The notes under the pieces were generated by a model. The model made no database searches and was not told where the DNA came from. It saw only the letters and a program-made list of their open reading frames with translations. Positions 9,425 to 18,284 of a stretch of 39,723 bases of DNA are shown piece after piece. Position 1 is the stretch's first letter; each line of letters begins with the position of its first letter. This DNA comes from an uncultured Fidelibacterota bacterium (GTDB lineage Bacteria > Fidelibacterota > Marinisomatia > Marinisomatales > UBA1611). The translations under genes and the position numbers were made by a program. The stretch is from assembly GCA_913040915.1 (NCBI GenBank), contig CAJWHW010000020.1, positions 1 through 39,723 of the forward strand, written 5' to 3'.

Positions 9425-9778
9425 GTGCAAAAACAATTCACATCCATTATTTCAATCCTTCTTGTAGGACTCATATCACTCACACCATTATTTTCCATTG
9501 AACGGTGCGATATGCCCTGATGTGCAACTGTTGAAATCTCTTGCTGCGAAAAAGACAAACCCATGGATTGTCCCATGGAAATGTCAGAATGTCGCGTCAG
9601 TTCATTCATTCCGCTCATGGCAGCGCCACTGAATGAAGTAAATGTCTCCAAAGAATATGACATTTCCGAATTAATGCACATTTGGTTTGAGTTGGATCAA
9701 TTTCATCCTTCGATTCAACCCATCCATAACTTTTCTTTCCAACACCCACCGGAATATTTTATACCCCTAATCTGTTAA
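9425..9778 (+). CDS. Cys-rich exported leader protein (CutF/CruR/DUF2946-like) with in-frame TGA at 9518-9520 (Sec or nonsense); 117 aa if read through
   Basis: GTG at 9425 is in frame with the tracked ORF 9563-9778. Reads MQKQFTSIISILLVGLISLTPLFSIERCDMP*CATVEISCCEKDKPMDCPMEMSEC...FQHPPEYFIPLIC. Confidence 0.65.
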
Positions 9779-9854
9779 ACTAAATCCTTTTTCAATTCAT
9801 GCTTTTTGAACGAATCAAAAAGCATTGTCACAAAAATAAACAAAAGGATTTAGT
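9779..9854 (+). promoter_or_regulatory. RBS-sequestering nested stem-loop
   Basis: ACTAAATCCTTTT (9779-9791) is the exact reverse complement of AAAAGGATTTAGT (9842-9854), which contains AGGA and abuts ATG 9855. Inner 11-bp hairpin ATGCTTTTTGA/TCAAAAAGCAT spans 9799-9825. Confidence 0.8.
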
Positions 9855-9965
9855 ATGAAATGCTTTCATAAAGTCATTTATGTGATAGCTATAACATCAT
9901 TTATTGCGTTAAATACACAATACAATAATTCAATACAAATTAAAAATGCCAATTACAGGAACTGA
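9855..9965 (+). pseudogene. 36-aa ORF with signal-peptide-like start; truncated exported-protein remnant or small peptide
   Basis: MKCFHKVIYVIAITSFIALNTQYNNSIQIKNANYRN*, preceded by AAGGA SD. Confidence 0.4.
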
Positions 9966-10009
9966 AAAGGCACAACCGATTCTAAATTCAGGTATCGGAT
10001 TTGTGTTTT
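9966..10009 (+). terminator. Imperfect hairpin ending in a T-run upstream of the HMA gene (terminator- or attenuator-like)
   Basis: GGCACAA-CCGAT ... ATCGG-AT-TTGTGTTTT. Confidence 0.4.
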
Positions 10010-10034
10010 AAACCATTAATTACAAAAGAAAACT

Positions 10035-10373
10035 ATGAAACATTTATTAATTATTTTTTCATCAATCCTAATTGCAACCCTAATCGGTTGTGGAAGTGCA
10101 GATGCAAAAACTGAAGTAAGCGTCAGTACAATTCAATGCGGCATGTGTCAAAAAACCATCGAAAAAGGTTTAGGTACTTTGAAAGGTGTCAAGTCGGTTC
10201 ACGTGTCTATGGAAGATAAAGTTGCCCACGTGGTTCATGATCCAAATGTAGCAAATCTTGCAGCGATTGAATCAGCCATTTCAAAATTAGGGTATCAAGC
10301 CAATGAAACATTGGCGGACCCTGTGGCTTACGAAGCGTTGCCAGGCTGTTGCAAAGTCGGCGGCGGACATTAA
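10035..10373 (+). CDS. Heavy-metal-associated (HMA, CopZ/MerP-like) lipoprotein
   Basis: Lipobox LIGC; IQCGMC metal motif; GVKSV.V, ISKLGY; C-terminal YEALPGCC. Confidence 0.88.
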   Translation: MKHLLIIFSSILIATLIGCGSADAKTEVSVSTIQCGMCQKTIEKGLGTLKGVKSVHVSMEDKVAHVVHDPNVANLAAIESAISKLGYQANETLADPVAYEALPGCCKVGGGH

Positions 10374-10377
10374 TTAT

Positions 10378-10887
10378 ATGTTCGTTAATTCACATATCGC
10401 CACCGGTTATTTGGCCGGTAAAATTGCCAAACAAGATTCAAAATGGATTTTGTTACTGATTTTTTCGACTGTTTTCCCGGATATTGATGGCTTGTGGTCA
10501 AATACGGTTGCCGGCCATCACAGCATTCTCCACGCACCGATTTTTTGGATTTTTGTTCTGTTGATTGGAACCGGAATTGGAAAATTCAGAAAAGATAAAA
10601 TAATTGAGAAAACTGTTTTAATTATTTTTATCGGGGCTATGCTTCATTTAATCACAGATTGGCTTACAGCAAGAACGGTTGGAATTCGCTGGTTTTTCCC
10701 ATTTTCAGAAACCATGTATTGGATTTATCCTATTCAACCGGAAAAGGGGCAAATTCCAATTTGGGATATGGTTGTTGCGCCTTACTTCCCATTTTATTTC
10801 GAAAATAAAGTACTGGCCTACGGAGAATTATTATTAAATATTTTAGCGATAAGTGTTTTTGGAATTTCTTTTGCAAGAAAAAAATGA
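10378..10887 (+). CDS. Membrane-bound metal-dependent hydrolase (YdjM/DUF457-like)
   Basis: Start moved to ATG 10378. SH, PDID, HHSILH, HLITD, GIRWFFPFS; several TM segments. Confidence 0.8.
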   Translation: MFVNSHIATGYLAGKIAKQDSKWILLLIFSTVFPDIDGLWSNTVAGHHSILHAPIFWIFVLLIGTGIGKFRKDKIIEKTVLIIFIGAMLHLITDWLTARTVGIRWFFPFSETMYWIYPIQPEKGQIPIWDMVVAPYFPFYFENKVLAYGELLLNILAISVFGISFARKK

Positions 10888-11016
10888 AGTTTAACGATAA
10901 CCCTATAGGATTCATCGCTATTAATGATGAAAAAAATCACTTGTTGTATGTAAATAAAATTGTTGGGATTAATATCTCTTTGCGTAAATTTCATGATAAT
11001 CCGAGAAGTTGAGGCC

Positions 11017-12627
11017 ATGAAATTCATCACCAGATTACTAATTTGTATTATTCTAATGGGAAGTTTACCTATATCAGAAGTAGGGTTTGTACGTGCTGGC
11101 TCAGAAGAACAACAGAAAAAGAAGAAGAAAAAGAAGAAGAAAAAGAGTTCGGGGAAAAAATCTAAAAAGAAATCTACAGGTAAGAGAAAGAAGAAAGGTT
11201 CAGGAAAAAAATCTAAAAAGAAATCTACAAGTAAGAAAAAGAAGAAAAAGAGCTCCGGAAAGAAAAAATCATCATCTGTTACAACATCTAATGCTGAGCC
11301 CATTGAATCAACTTCAATAGGAGAAAAATCTCATAGGTTTAACACCGCTGCATATGCAGATGAATTATTTAACCTTACAGGTGAACTCCAAGCATCAAAT
11401 AAAGAATTAGCACGAGCCACACGATATTTTTATCAGGAAGAGCCAAAAAAGAAAATTGTCTCGCTGGATTCAAAACCTTTTTTCAGTAGAGATGATTTTG
11501 AGAAAGAAGCAAACCTTAATCCTGATAATTTATATGTTCAACGACAATTAGGAATGCACTATGAAGCCAATGGGGACTATTCTGCTGCTAAAGAAGTTTA
11601 TCTTAGAGAAGTTGGTAAAAATCCGGATAATCCGGATGCACATTTTTTCTTAGGTTCATTATATGCTACTTTAGGAGAATACCATAAATCTAAAAATGCA
11701 TTTGAAGAAGCATTGTATTTAGATCCTAATCACGGTGCTACTATAGAAGCAATGTCTATGTATGTCCATACAGATCAACAACGGAAACTCAGCAATGATA
11801 TTCTGAAGATGTCTTCAGAAAAAGCACCAGATGGGCCAGCACAACAACTTACAATAATCAGGGGGAAAATGGAATCAGGTGATTACACTGAAGCATTAAA
11901 TCTTTCTGAAGAAGCATCTGAAAAACATCCCACCCATACCGGGTTTATCCAACTTGCGGGTGAAAATTATTTAAAACTTGGACGGACAGAAGAAGCAAAA
12001 AAATCCTTCCAGCGAGCCATAAAACTAAACCCCAAGGATCTTCAACCCCATTTGTCATTAGCAGATCTGTATTTTGAACAAGGAAAATATGTCTATGCTG
12101 CACTATCATTTAGCGATGCTGTTTATTTAGATTCGGAAAACCCCGATTACAGATATATGCAGGGTCTAAGCTATTTTAATGCTCATGAATGGGGCCGTAC
12201 AGCTGCATCCTGGGAAGATTTATTGCATTATAGACCAAATGATGCTGTAGTGAGAACCTTATTACCTCAGACCTATTACGTTATGGCTGTGGAATACAAT
12301 AGGATAGGTAATCCTACAATGGGACGGCAAGCTTTTAAAAATGCTCTGTCAGTCAATAACAATACGTCTTCCTGGTTACCGGGAGCTATGAGCGTATTAG
12401 GAAAATTTTATAGAGAAAAAAGTATGTTCAATGAATCTCTTGTTGCATACCAGGAAGTGTTGGAATTGAGTCCGGATAACCCAGATGCTTACATGGGTAT
12501 GGGTATCACTTATTGGAAAATGGATGAGAAACAATTAGCACGTGCTAGCTGGGAAAAGAGCCTGGAATTAAAACCAGATAATAATGAATCACGCGGATGG
12601 CTTATTTTAACATCTCAAGGATCTTAG
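11017..12627 (+). CDS. Exported TPR-repeat protein with N-terminal Lys/Ser-rich tract
   Basis: ATG 11017 after GAGG; hydrophobic signal; many TPRs (NPDNPDAHFFLG, AIKLNP, LELSPDNPDAY, LELKPDN). Confidence 0.85.
   Translation: MKFITRLLICIILMGSLPISEVGFVRAGSEEQQKKKKKKKKKKSSGKKSKKKSTGKRKKKGSGKKSKKKSTSKKKKKKSSGKKKSSSVTTSNAEPIESTSIGEKSHRFNTAAYADELFNLTGELQASNKELARATRYFYQEEPKKKIVSLDSKPFFSRDDFEKEANLNPDNLYVQRQLGMHYEANGDYSAAKEVYLREVGKNPDNPDAHFFLGSLYATLGEYHKSKNAFEEALYLDPNHGATIEAMSMYVHTDQQRKLSNDILKMSSEKAPDGPAQQLTIIRGKMESGDYTEALNLSEEASEKHPTHTGFIQLAGENYLKLGRTEEAKKSFQRAIKLNPKDLQPHLSLADLYFEQGKYVYAALSFSDAVYLDSENPDYRYMQGLSYFNAHEWGRTAASWEDLLHYRPNDAVVRTLLPQTYYVMAVEYNRIGNPTMGRQAFKNALSVNNNTSSWLPGAMSVLGKFYREKSMFNESLVAYQEVLELSPDNPDAYMGMGITYWKMDEKQLARASWEKSLELKPDNNESRGWLILTSQGS
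11116..11268 (+). repeat. Low-complexity Lys/Ser tract with ~51-nt tandem duplication
   Basis: AAAAAATCTAAAAAGAAATCTACA at 11155-11178 and 11206-11229; GKKSKKKST twice. Confidence 0.85.
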
Positions 12628-12732
12628 ATTTAGTATTTTTCGCCAATTTTTATTTTATAATACATTTCCAGTGGAAATACTTTTTTCAATTATAAATCCT
12701 AACTTCTAATTCAGATTTTTACTTATCTAAAA

Positions 12733-13845
12733 GTGATTAAAAAGATTCTTCCTTTAATTTTTATTACGGTTGGATTAACAAAAGATTATTATGAGGGAGA
12801 TAAACTTATAAGAGAAGGAGTATATGCTTTTTATAATTATGAATTTGACCACTCAATTGAATTACTAACTCAAGCAAGAAAATTATATCCGGATCATCCT
12901 GGAGTACATTTTATCTGGGCGGCTGCAAGGTGGGTTCGTAGTCAGGCTTATGATTCAATTGATAATAACCGTAAGATTCTCGAAAATGATTTAAGAGGGA
13001 TACAACTTGTATATGACAAACTGGTAGAAGCATATGATTACAATCCAGTTTACCGTTTATATCAAGGGTCCGCTATTGGGTTGAGTGCAAGACTCAGCTT
13101 AGGAAAAAAAGAATGGTTCAGAACATTGTTTAGAGCTTATAAGGGTTTTACTATAATAGATGATGTTGCAGAAGAAGCTCCTCATTTATTAGATGCTAGA
13201 TTACCTATAGGTATTATTGAGTATTATTCAGGGTTAAGTAATATTTTATTAAAATGGACAGTTGAATTTTATGGATTAAATGCTTCACGCGAATCAGGAT
13301 TGATAGAAATTTCTAGAGCAGCTAATGAAAGTGAATGGGCCTGGATCGAAGCAAAAGGGATTCTTGGATTTTTATATCTTTGGGTTGAAGATGAACCAAT
13401 ACTGGCTTTTAAGCATTCTAAAGACTTAGTAGAACATTTCCCCAGTAATTACTATTTTAATATTCTTTTCCTAGAATCCATGATTAGGACAAATAAACTA
13501 AGGGAATCAGAAATAAAAATCAAAGAAATGGATAAAATGTCTTCTCAACTTACAGCACGCCAACGAGAATGGTATATACCATATTTAGATTATGAAAGAG
13601 CATTACTAGAATTCCATTTAGAGAATTATACAGATGCTCTTACTTTAGTAAATAGCTCGATAAATACTTATTCTGCTGAGTTGGATATAGTTCTTGGCAA
13701 TACTTATCTTCTCAAAGGTATGATTTATGATAAATTAGAAAAGAGAATTGAAGCAAAATTGAATTATGAAAAATGTATTGCACTTGATAATTATTCATCT
13801 GCTATGAATAAAGCAAAGCAATATTTAAAAAAACCGTATAATTAG
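12733..13845 (+). CDS. Exported helical/TPR-like hypothetical protein
   Basis: Signal peptide; TPR-like helices (YPDHPG, LVEHFPSNYYF, YLLKGMIYDKL). Confidence 0.7.
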   Translation: MIKKILPLIFITVGLTKDYYEGDKLIREGVYAFYNYEFDHSIELLTQARKLYPDHPGVHFIWAAARWVRSQAYDSIDNNRKILENDLRGIQLVYDKLVEAYDYNPVYRLYQGSAIGLSARLSLGKKEWFRTLFRAYKGFTIIDDVAEEAPHLLDARLPIGIIEYYSGLSNILLKWTVEFYGLNASRESGLIEISRAANESEWAWIEAKGILGFLYLWVEDEPILAFKHSKDLVEHFPSNYYFNILFLESMIRTNKLRESEIKIKEMDKMSSQLTARQREWYIPYLDYERALLEFHLENYTDALTLVNSSINTYSAELDIVLGNTYLLKGMIYDKLEKRIEAKLNYEKCIALDNYSSAMNKAKQYLKKPYN

Positions 13846-13847
13846 TC

Positions 13848-15746
13848 ATGCAACTTTATTGTCCAAGTCTAACAAACTACCAGCGCTGGAAAACACGTGA
13901 AGTTATGGTTGGTAATGTAGGTATTGGTGGGACAAATCCCATACGAATCCAATCCATGACCACAACGGATACCATGGATACAGATGGTACTATAGAACAA
14001 TCAATTCGAATGATCGATGCAGGATGTGAGATCGTACGAATAACCGCACCAAGTAATAAAGAAGCAGAAAATTTACAAAAAATCAAAGATGGATTACGAA
14101 GTAAAGGATTTAAAACACCTTTGGTCGCAGATATTCATTTTACTCCCAATGCTGCAGAAATAGCAGCAAGAATTGTTGAAAAAGTTCGCATAAACCCTGG
14201 CAATTATGCTGATCGGAAAAAGTTTGAAATTCATGATTACACCGATGCAATGTATGCAGAAAAACTGGAGAGAATAAAAGAACGATTCATACCTTTAGTT
14301 CGAATTTGTAAAGAAAATGGTACTGCTATGCGAATTGGTACAAATCATGGATCTTTATCAGACAGAATTATGAGCCGATATGGTGATACACCACTTGGGA
14401 TGGTGGAATCAGCTCTGGAGTTTCTAAGGATCGCTGAAAATGAAAGTTACCATGATATAATACTTTCAATGAAAGCAAGTAATACACAGGTCATGGTTCA
14501 GGCATACAGACTTTTAGTAAAGACTATGGTTGAAGAAAAGATGAATTACCCACTCCATCTAGGCGTAACAGAAGCAGGAGAAGCAGAAGATGGCAGAATC
14601 AAATCAGCGGTTGGGATCGGTACATTATTAGAAGATGGTCTGGGTGATACAATCCGTGTATCGCTTACAGAGGAACCGGAAGCTGAAATTCCTGTAGCTC
14701 AATTATTAGTAGATCGTTATTCTGGAAGAAAAAATCACAGTGAAATACCGAAAATTGATTCAATACCATACGACCCATTTTTCAGGAAAAGGCGTAAATC
14801 AAACAGAATTTTAAATTTAGGGCATGAAGAAGTACCACGTGTAATAGGCGATATTTCAAATTCAAAATCCATTAGCCATAATGATTTGAATTCGTTTGGT
14901 TATTTGTATTCAAAATCACAGGATAAGTGGCATGTTTCTGATCAAGCGTTGGATTATTTATTTATTGGTGATAATAAGCTTGATTTTGAAATACCTGGTA
15001 GCTTAAGTATCATTCAAAACAATAGATCTTTTAAACAAAGTGAAAGACATTATCCCTTATTTAATTCTTATGAGCTGGATTCTATTAACCCAGAGCAAAT
15101 TTCATTTTTAAAATTAGAATCAAGTATATATCTAGGAGATTTATCCTTATCACCAAAAACAATTTTGATTCTGGAATCGAATAAAGAAAATAGTTATGCT
15201 GCATTACGTCTAAAATTTATTGAATTAATTAAGCTTAAGATTCTAAATCCGGTCATTGTAAAAATAGATTTTTCAGCAAACACAAGCGATGAGTTTTTGC
15301 TCTATTCTTCAATAGATTTAGGCGGACTTCAATTAGATGGGTTTGGTGATGGTATCTGGTTAAAGTCCAAAGGAAACTTGGGATTTATAAATGAAACTGC
15401 ATTTAGTATCCTACAGGCAACCAGGACTCGAATATCAAAAACTGAATATATTTCTTGTCCATCCTGTGGCCGAACCCTTTTTGATCTTCAGGAGACTACT
15501 GCGAAGATTCGTGGAAGAACCGATCATTTAAAAGGTGTAAAAATTGGTATTATGGGCTGTATAGTGAATGGCCCTGGTGAAATGGCAGATGCAGATTATG
15601 GCTATGTTGGAACAGGTGAAGACCAAATTTCATTATACAAAGGTCAGGAAGTTGTGAAAAAAAATATTCCATCTGGCCAGGCAGTAGAAGCCCTTATACA
15701 ATTGATAGCTTCACATGGAGACTGGGTTGAGCCTACTGATGTTTAG
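13848..15746 (+). CDS. ispG: (E)-4-hydroxy-3-methylbut-2-enyl-diphosphate synthase, long form
   Basis: RIQSMTTT, PLVADIHF, RINPGN, RIGTNHGSL, PLHLGVTEAG, GDTIRVSLT, SCPSCGRT, MGCIVNGPGE. Confidence 0.97.
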   Translation: MQLYCPSLTNYQRWKTREVMVGNVGIGGTNPIRIQSMTTTDTMDTDGTIEQSIRMIDAGCEIVRITAPSNKEAENLQKIKDGLRSKGFKTPLVADIHFTPNAAEIAARIVEKVRINPGNYADRKKFEIHDYTDAMYAEKLERIKERFIPLVRICKENGTAMRIGTNHGSLSDRIMSRYGDTPLGMVESALEFLRIAENESYHDIILSMKASNTQVMVQAYRLLVKTMVEEKMNYPLHLGVTEAGEAEDGRIKSAVGIGTLLEDGLGDTIRVSLTEEPEAEIPVAQLLVDRYSGRKNHSEIPKIDSIPYDPFFRKRRKSNRILNLGHEEVPRVIGDISNSKSISHNDLNSFGYLYSKSQDKWHVSDQALDYLFIGDNKLDFEIPGSLSIIQNNRSFKQSERHYPLFNSYELDSINPEQISFLKLESSIYLGDLSLSPKTILILESNKENSYAALRLKFIELIKLKILNPVIVKIDFSANTSDEFLLYSSIDLGGLQLDGFGDGIWLKSKGNLGFINETAFSILQATRTRISKTEYISCPSCGRTLFDLQETTAKIRGRTDHLKGVKIGIMGCIVNGPGEMADADYGYVGTGEDQISLYKGQEVVKKNIPSGQAVEALIQLIASHGDWVEPTDV

Positions 15747-15820
15747 CATTGTTCATCTATCCAATGGTATTGTATTATTCAGCTAACTAATTCAGCCAAG
15801 ATAATTAAAAAGAGTCCAAT

Positions 15821-16255
15821 ATGAAAAAATTGATTCCATTTATCCTTATGTCAATTTTATTTTGTCAGAACGATCCCGGAAAACTTTCACCAGTGGTGAC
15901 TTACTGGAAAACCTTATCTAAAAGCGAAAAGGAAACATTCCTTTTTTCATATTTAACTCAGGTTTATGAAACTCATACAGAACTCCAAAACTCAGTAGGG
16001 TATGGTGGAATAACAGAATGGTATTATGATAATCGCGCTGAATTGGTTTATGGAATTTTTGATAAATTAGAAGAAGTTAAAATCTCAGAAATGGCTAAAT
16101 GGATCGATGAATTTTATTCACATGGTGAATATGCCAATCGCCCATTTTATGAAGCTCTGGAATTTGCCTATCGATTTGCGGATGCATCAGGGGCAACCAT
16201 GTGGCAAAAATATGAAAACCTTAAATTTGATAAAATAAAACCAGGAAAAGAATAA
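15821..16255 (+). CDS. Hypothetical exported protein
   Basis: 144-aa ORF, signal peptide MKKLIPFILMSILFC, AAGAG upstream. Confidence 0.7.
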   Translation: MKKLIPFILMSILFCQNDPGKLSPVVTYWKTLSKSEKETFLFSYLTQVYETHTELQNSVGYGGITEWYYDNRAELVYGIFDKLEEVKISEMAKWIDEFYSHGEYANRPFYEALEFAYRFADASGATMWQKYENLKFDKIKPGKE

Positions 16256-16594
16256 TGTGAACCTTTCAGCCTAAATTTATTTAAAATTGGCTCAAGATTT
16301 ATAAAGTAGCTGGGTTTAAACTTATTGTAAACAATGAGGTGGTTAGTGTTATTTGTTTTCGTTCTATTCTATATTGTATGTAATACTCTTCTTTAAATTA
16401 TTATACCGTATTTAGCCTATTCAAATTTCAATTCCTGTTTCTGATTTTAGCTTAATATTCCTTAGCAGTGCAATCCTTGGATTCTATGCGTCCGTATTTG
16501 ATGTAGGATACCATATTGATTTGTTTAGGAAATTGTGACTAGGGTAGTTACTTAAATTCCTGCTAACTTTTCATTGAATTTCAGATATTTTTAA

Positions 16595-16951
16595 ATGGAT
16601 AAGATTATAATACATAACCTGAGAATACCAGCAAAGCACGGTGTTTATGATTTTGAGAAAGATAAGGGTGGTTTATTTGAATTAGATGTGGAAATGTATA
16701 CTGATCTTTCTATAGCAGGAAAATCTGATAACTTAAAAGATACAGTTGATTATGATGAAGCAGTGTTGCTGATCACTACCTTATTCAATGAAAAAGACTA
16801 TAATCTGATTGAAACAGTTGGAGAAAAAATTTGTACTGAACTTTTAAATAAGTATTCAATTCAGAAAGTTGTTATTAGAATTCGTAAACCACACGCACCA
16901 ATCATGGCTAATTTGGATACTGTTGAGGTTGAAATTATTAGGGAGTTGTAA
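16595..16951 (+). CDS. folB: Dihydroneopterin aldolase
   Basis: HGVYDFE, SDNLKDTVDY, NLIE, RKPHAPI. Confidence 0.95.
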   Translation: MDKIIIHNLRIPAKHGVYDFEKDKGGLFELDVEMYTDLSIAGKSDNLKDTVDYDEAVLLITTLFNEKDYNLIETVGEKICTELLNKYSIQKVVIRIRKPHAPIMANLDTVEVEIIREL

Positions 16952-17461
16952 TTGAAGTCTGTTAAAGTTTATTTATCTCTAGGATCAAATTTAGGAGACC
17001 GTGAGTCAAACTTAGCTCAGGCAACTATGGCACTTGCCATTAATTTTGAAATTTCTAATATAGAGTCATCATCATATTATGCATCGGAGCCATTATACAA
17101 TAATGACCAACCGGAGTTTCTTAATTCAATTGTAAAATGTGAAACTACCTTGAAACCCTTTGACTTTCTGGATGTAACAAAACGTATTGAAAAAATGCTG
17201 GGCAGATCTGAAGAAAGAGAAAAAAACCAGCCAAGATTAATAGATATAGACATCTTATTACATGGTGATGCAATTATTGAAACTGAACTATTAACACTGC
17301 CACATCCCATGTTGGGATTTCGAAAATTCATACTATTACCATTTGCTGAAATAGAACCAAATTTTAAAATTCCGCATTCAAAATTCACAATTAATGATTT
17401 AATTGATCATTGTCCAGACACATCACGGGTTGTACATCACAGAATAGAGACTGAAGCTTGA
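16952..17461 (+). CDS. folK: 2-amino-4-hydroxy-6-hydroxymethyldihydropteridine diphosphokinase
   Basis: YLSLGSNLGDR, QPEFLN, PRLIDIDIL, LPHP, RKFILLP. Confidence 0.95.
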   Translation: MKSVKVYLSLGSNLGDRESNLAQATMALAINFEISNIESSSYYASEPLYNNDQPEFLNSIVKCETTLKPFDFLDVTKRIEKMLGRSEEREKNQPRLIDIDILLHGDAIIETELLTLPHPMLGFRKFILLPFAEIEPNFKIPHSKFTINDLIDHCPDTSRVVHHRIETEA

Positions 17462-18099
17462 AAAACTTATTTTATATTGCAATAGAAGGGCCAATTGGAG
17501 TTGGCAAGACGAGTTTGGCAAATTTGATGTCAAAAGATTTGGGTGCTAGACTTGTTCTTGAAGAATTTGATGAAAATCCATTTCTGCCTGATTTTTATAA
17601 AGACCCTGAACGGTTTGCATTCCAGACTCAACTCTTTTTTTTACTTCAGAGGTATAGGCAACAACAAGAGCTCAGACAAGTTGATATGTTTCAAAAACTT
17701 TTGGTCACGGATTATATGTTTGTGAAAGACAGGTTGTTTGCTTCTCTTAACTTAAATGAAAAAGAGATGCAATTGTATGACACCGTAGCCAATCTATTAG
17801 AAAGAAATATTATTAAACCTGACTTGGTGATTTATTTACAGGCTGATACAGATACTTTAATGAAAAATATTGCTCAGCGCGGTAGAGAAATGGAAACAGA
17901 TATTACTTATGATTACATTGATGCCCTTAGTCAGGTTTACACTGAATATTTTTTCCGATATCAGGAGACACCGTTAGTAATTATAAATACTAATAACATT
18001 GATTTTGTCCACAATAAAAATGATTTAAGAGAAGTGATCAAATATATCCGGCAACCAGTTTCTGGTACTAAATTTTTCAATCCAGTTTCGGAGAATTAA
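17458..18099 (+). CDS. Deoxynucleoside kinase (dCK/dGK family)
   Basis: IEGPIGVGKT, NPFL..FY, Q..FL..R, PDLVIYLQA, RGRE.E. Confidence 0.92.
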   Translation: MKNLFYIAIEGPIGVGKTSLANLMSKDLGARLVLEEFDENPFLPDFYKDPERFAFQTQLFFLLQRYRQQQELRQVDMFQKLLVTDYMFVKDRLFASLNLNEKEMQLYDTVANLLERNIIKPDLVIYLQADTDTLMKNIAQRGREMETDITYDYIDALSQVYTEYFFRYQETPLVIINTNNIDFVHNKNDLREVIKYIRQPVSGTKFFNPVSEN

Positions 18100-18101
18100 A
18101 A

Positions 18102-18284
18102 TTGAAATGGTTACTCATTTTTTTAATTTGTTATTTCCTGTATAAAATAGCCAAACCATTGTTTTCTTTGTTTCAGTTCAATCAATCAGTAAAAAAACAA
18201 AAAAGAAAGTCCAGCATCAGATCCAAGGTAGAAAAAATGAATATACAGGATGCAGAATTTGAGGATAATAATGAATATCATTAA
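18102..18284 (+). CDS. Small single-TM hypothetical protein
   Basis: N-terminal TM and C-terminal IQDAEFED; fills the operon gap. Confidence 0.65.
   Translation: MKWLLIFLICYFLYKIAKPLFSLFQFNQSVKKQKRKSSIRSKVEKMNIQDAEFEDNNEYH

Noticed and set aside
9397..9681. 94-aa minus-strand ORF
   Set aside because: Antisense to the Cys-rich leader, with no recognisable motifs.
10303..10377. Extended start of the hydrolase ORF (likewise 3292, 10960, 18250, 27694)
   Set aside because: Each overlaps an upstream gene or lacks an SD; downstream starts fit the family N-termini better.
8313..10887. Possible horizontally acquired island (appears slightly more GC-rich)
   Set aside because: Not quantified; no integrase, tRNA or flanking direct repeats seen.
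10818..11320. ORFs 10818-11303 (-) with poly-Phe and 11087-11320 (+) with poly-Arg
   Set aside because: Shadow frames of the poly-Lys tract in the TPR gene.
13848..15746. Unusually long IspG with a central insert
   Set aside because: This is the known long form found in plants, Chlamydiae and Bacteroidota.
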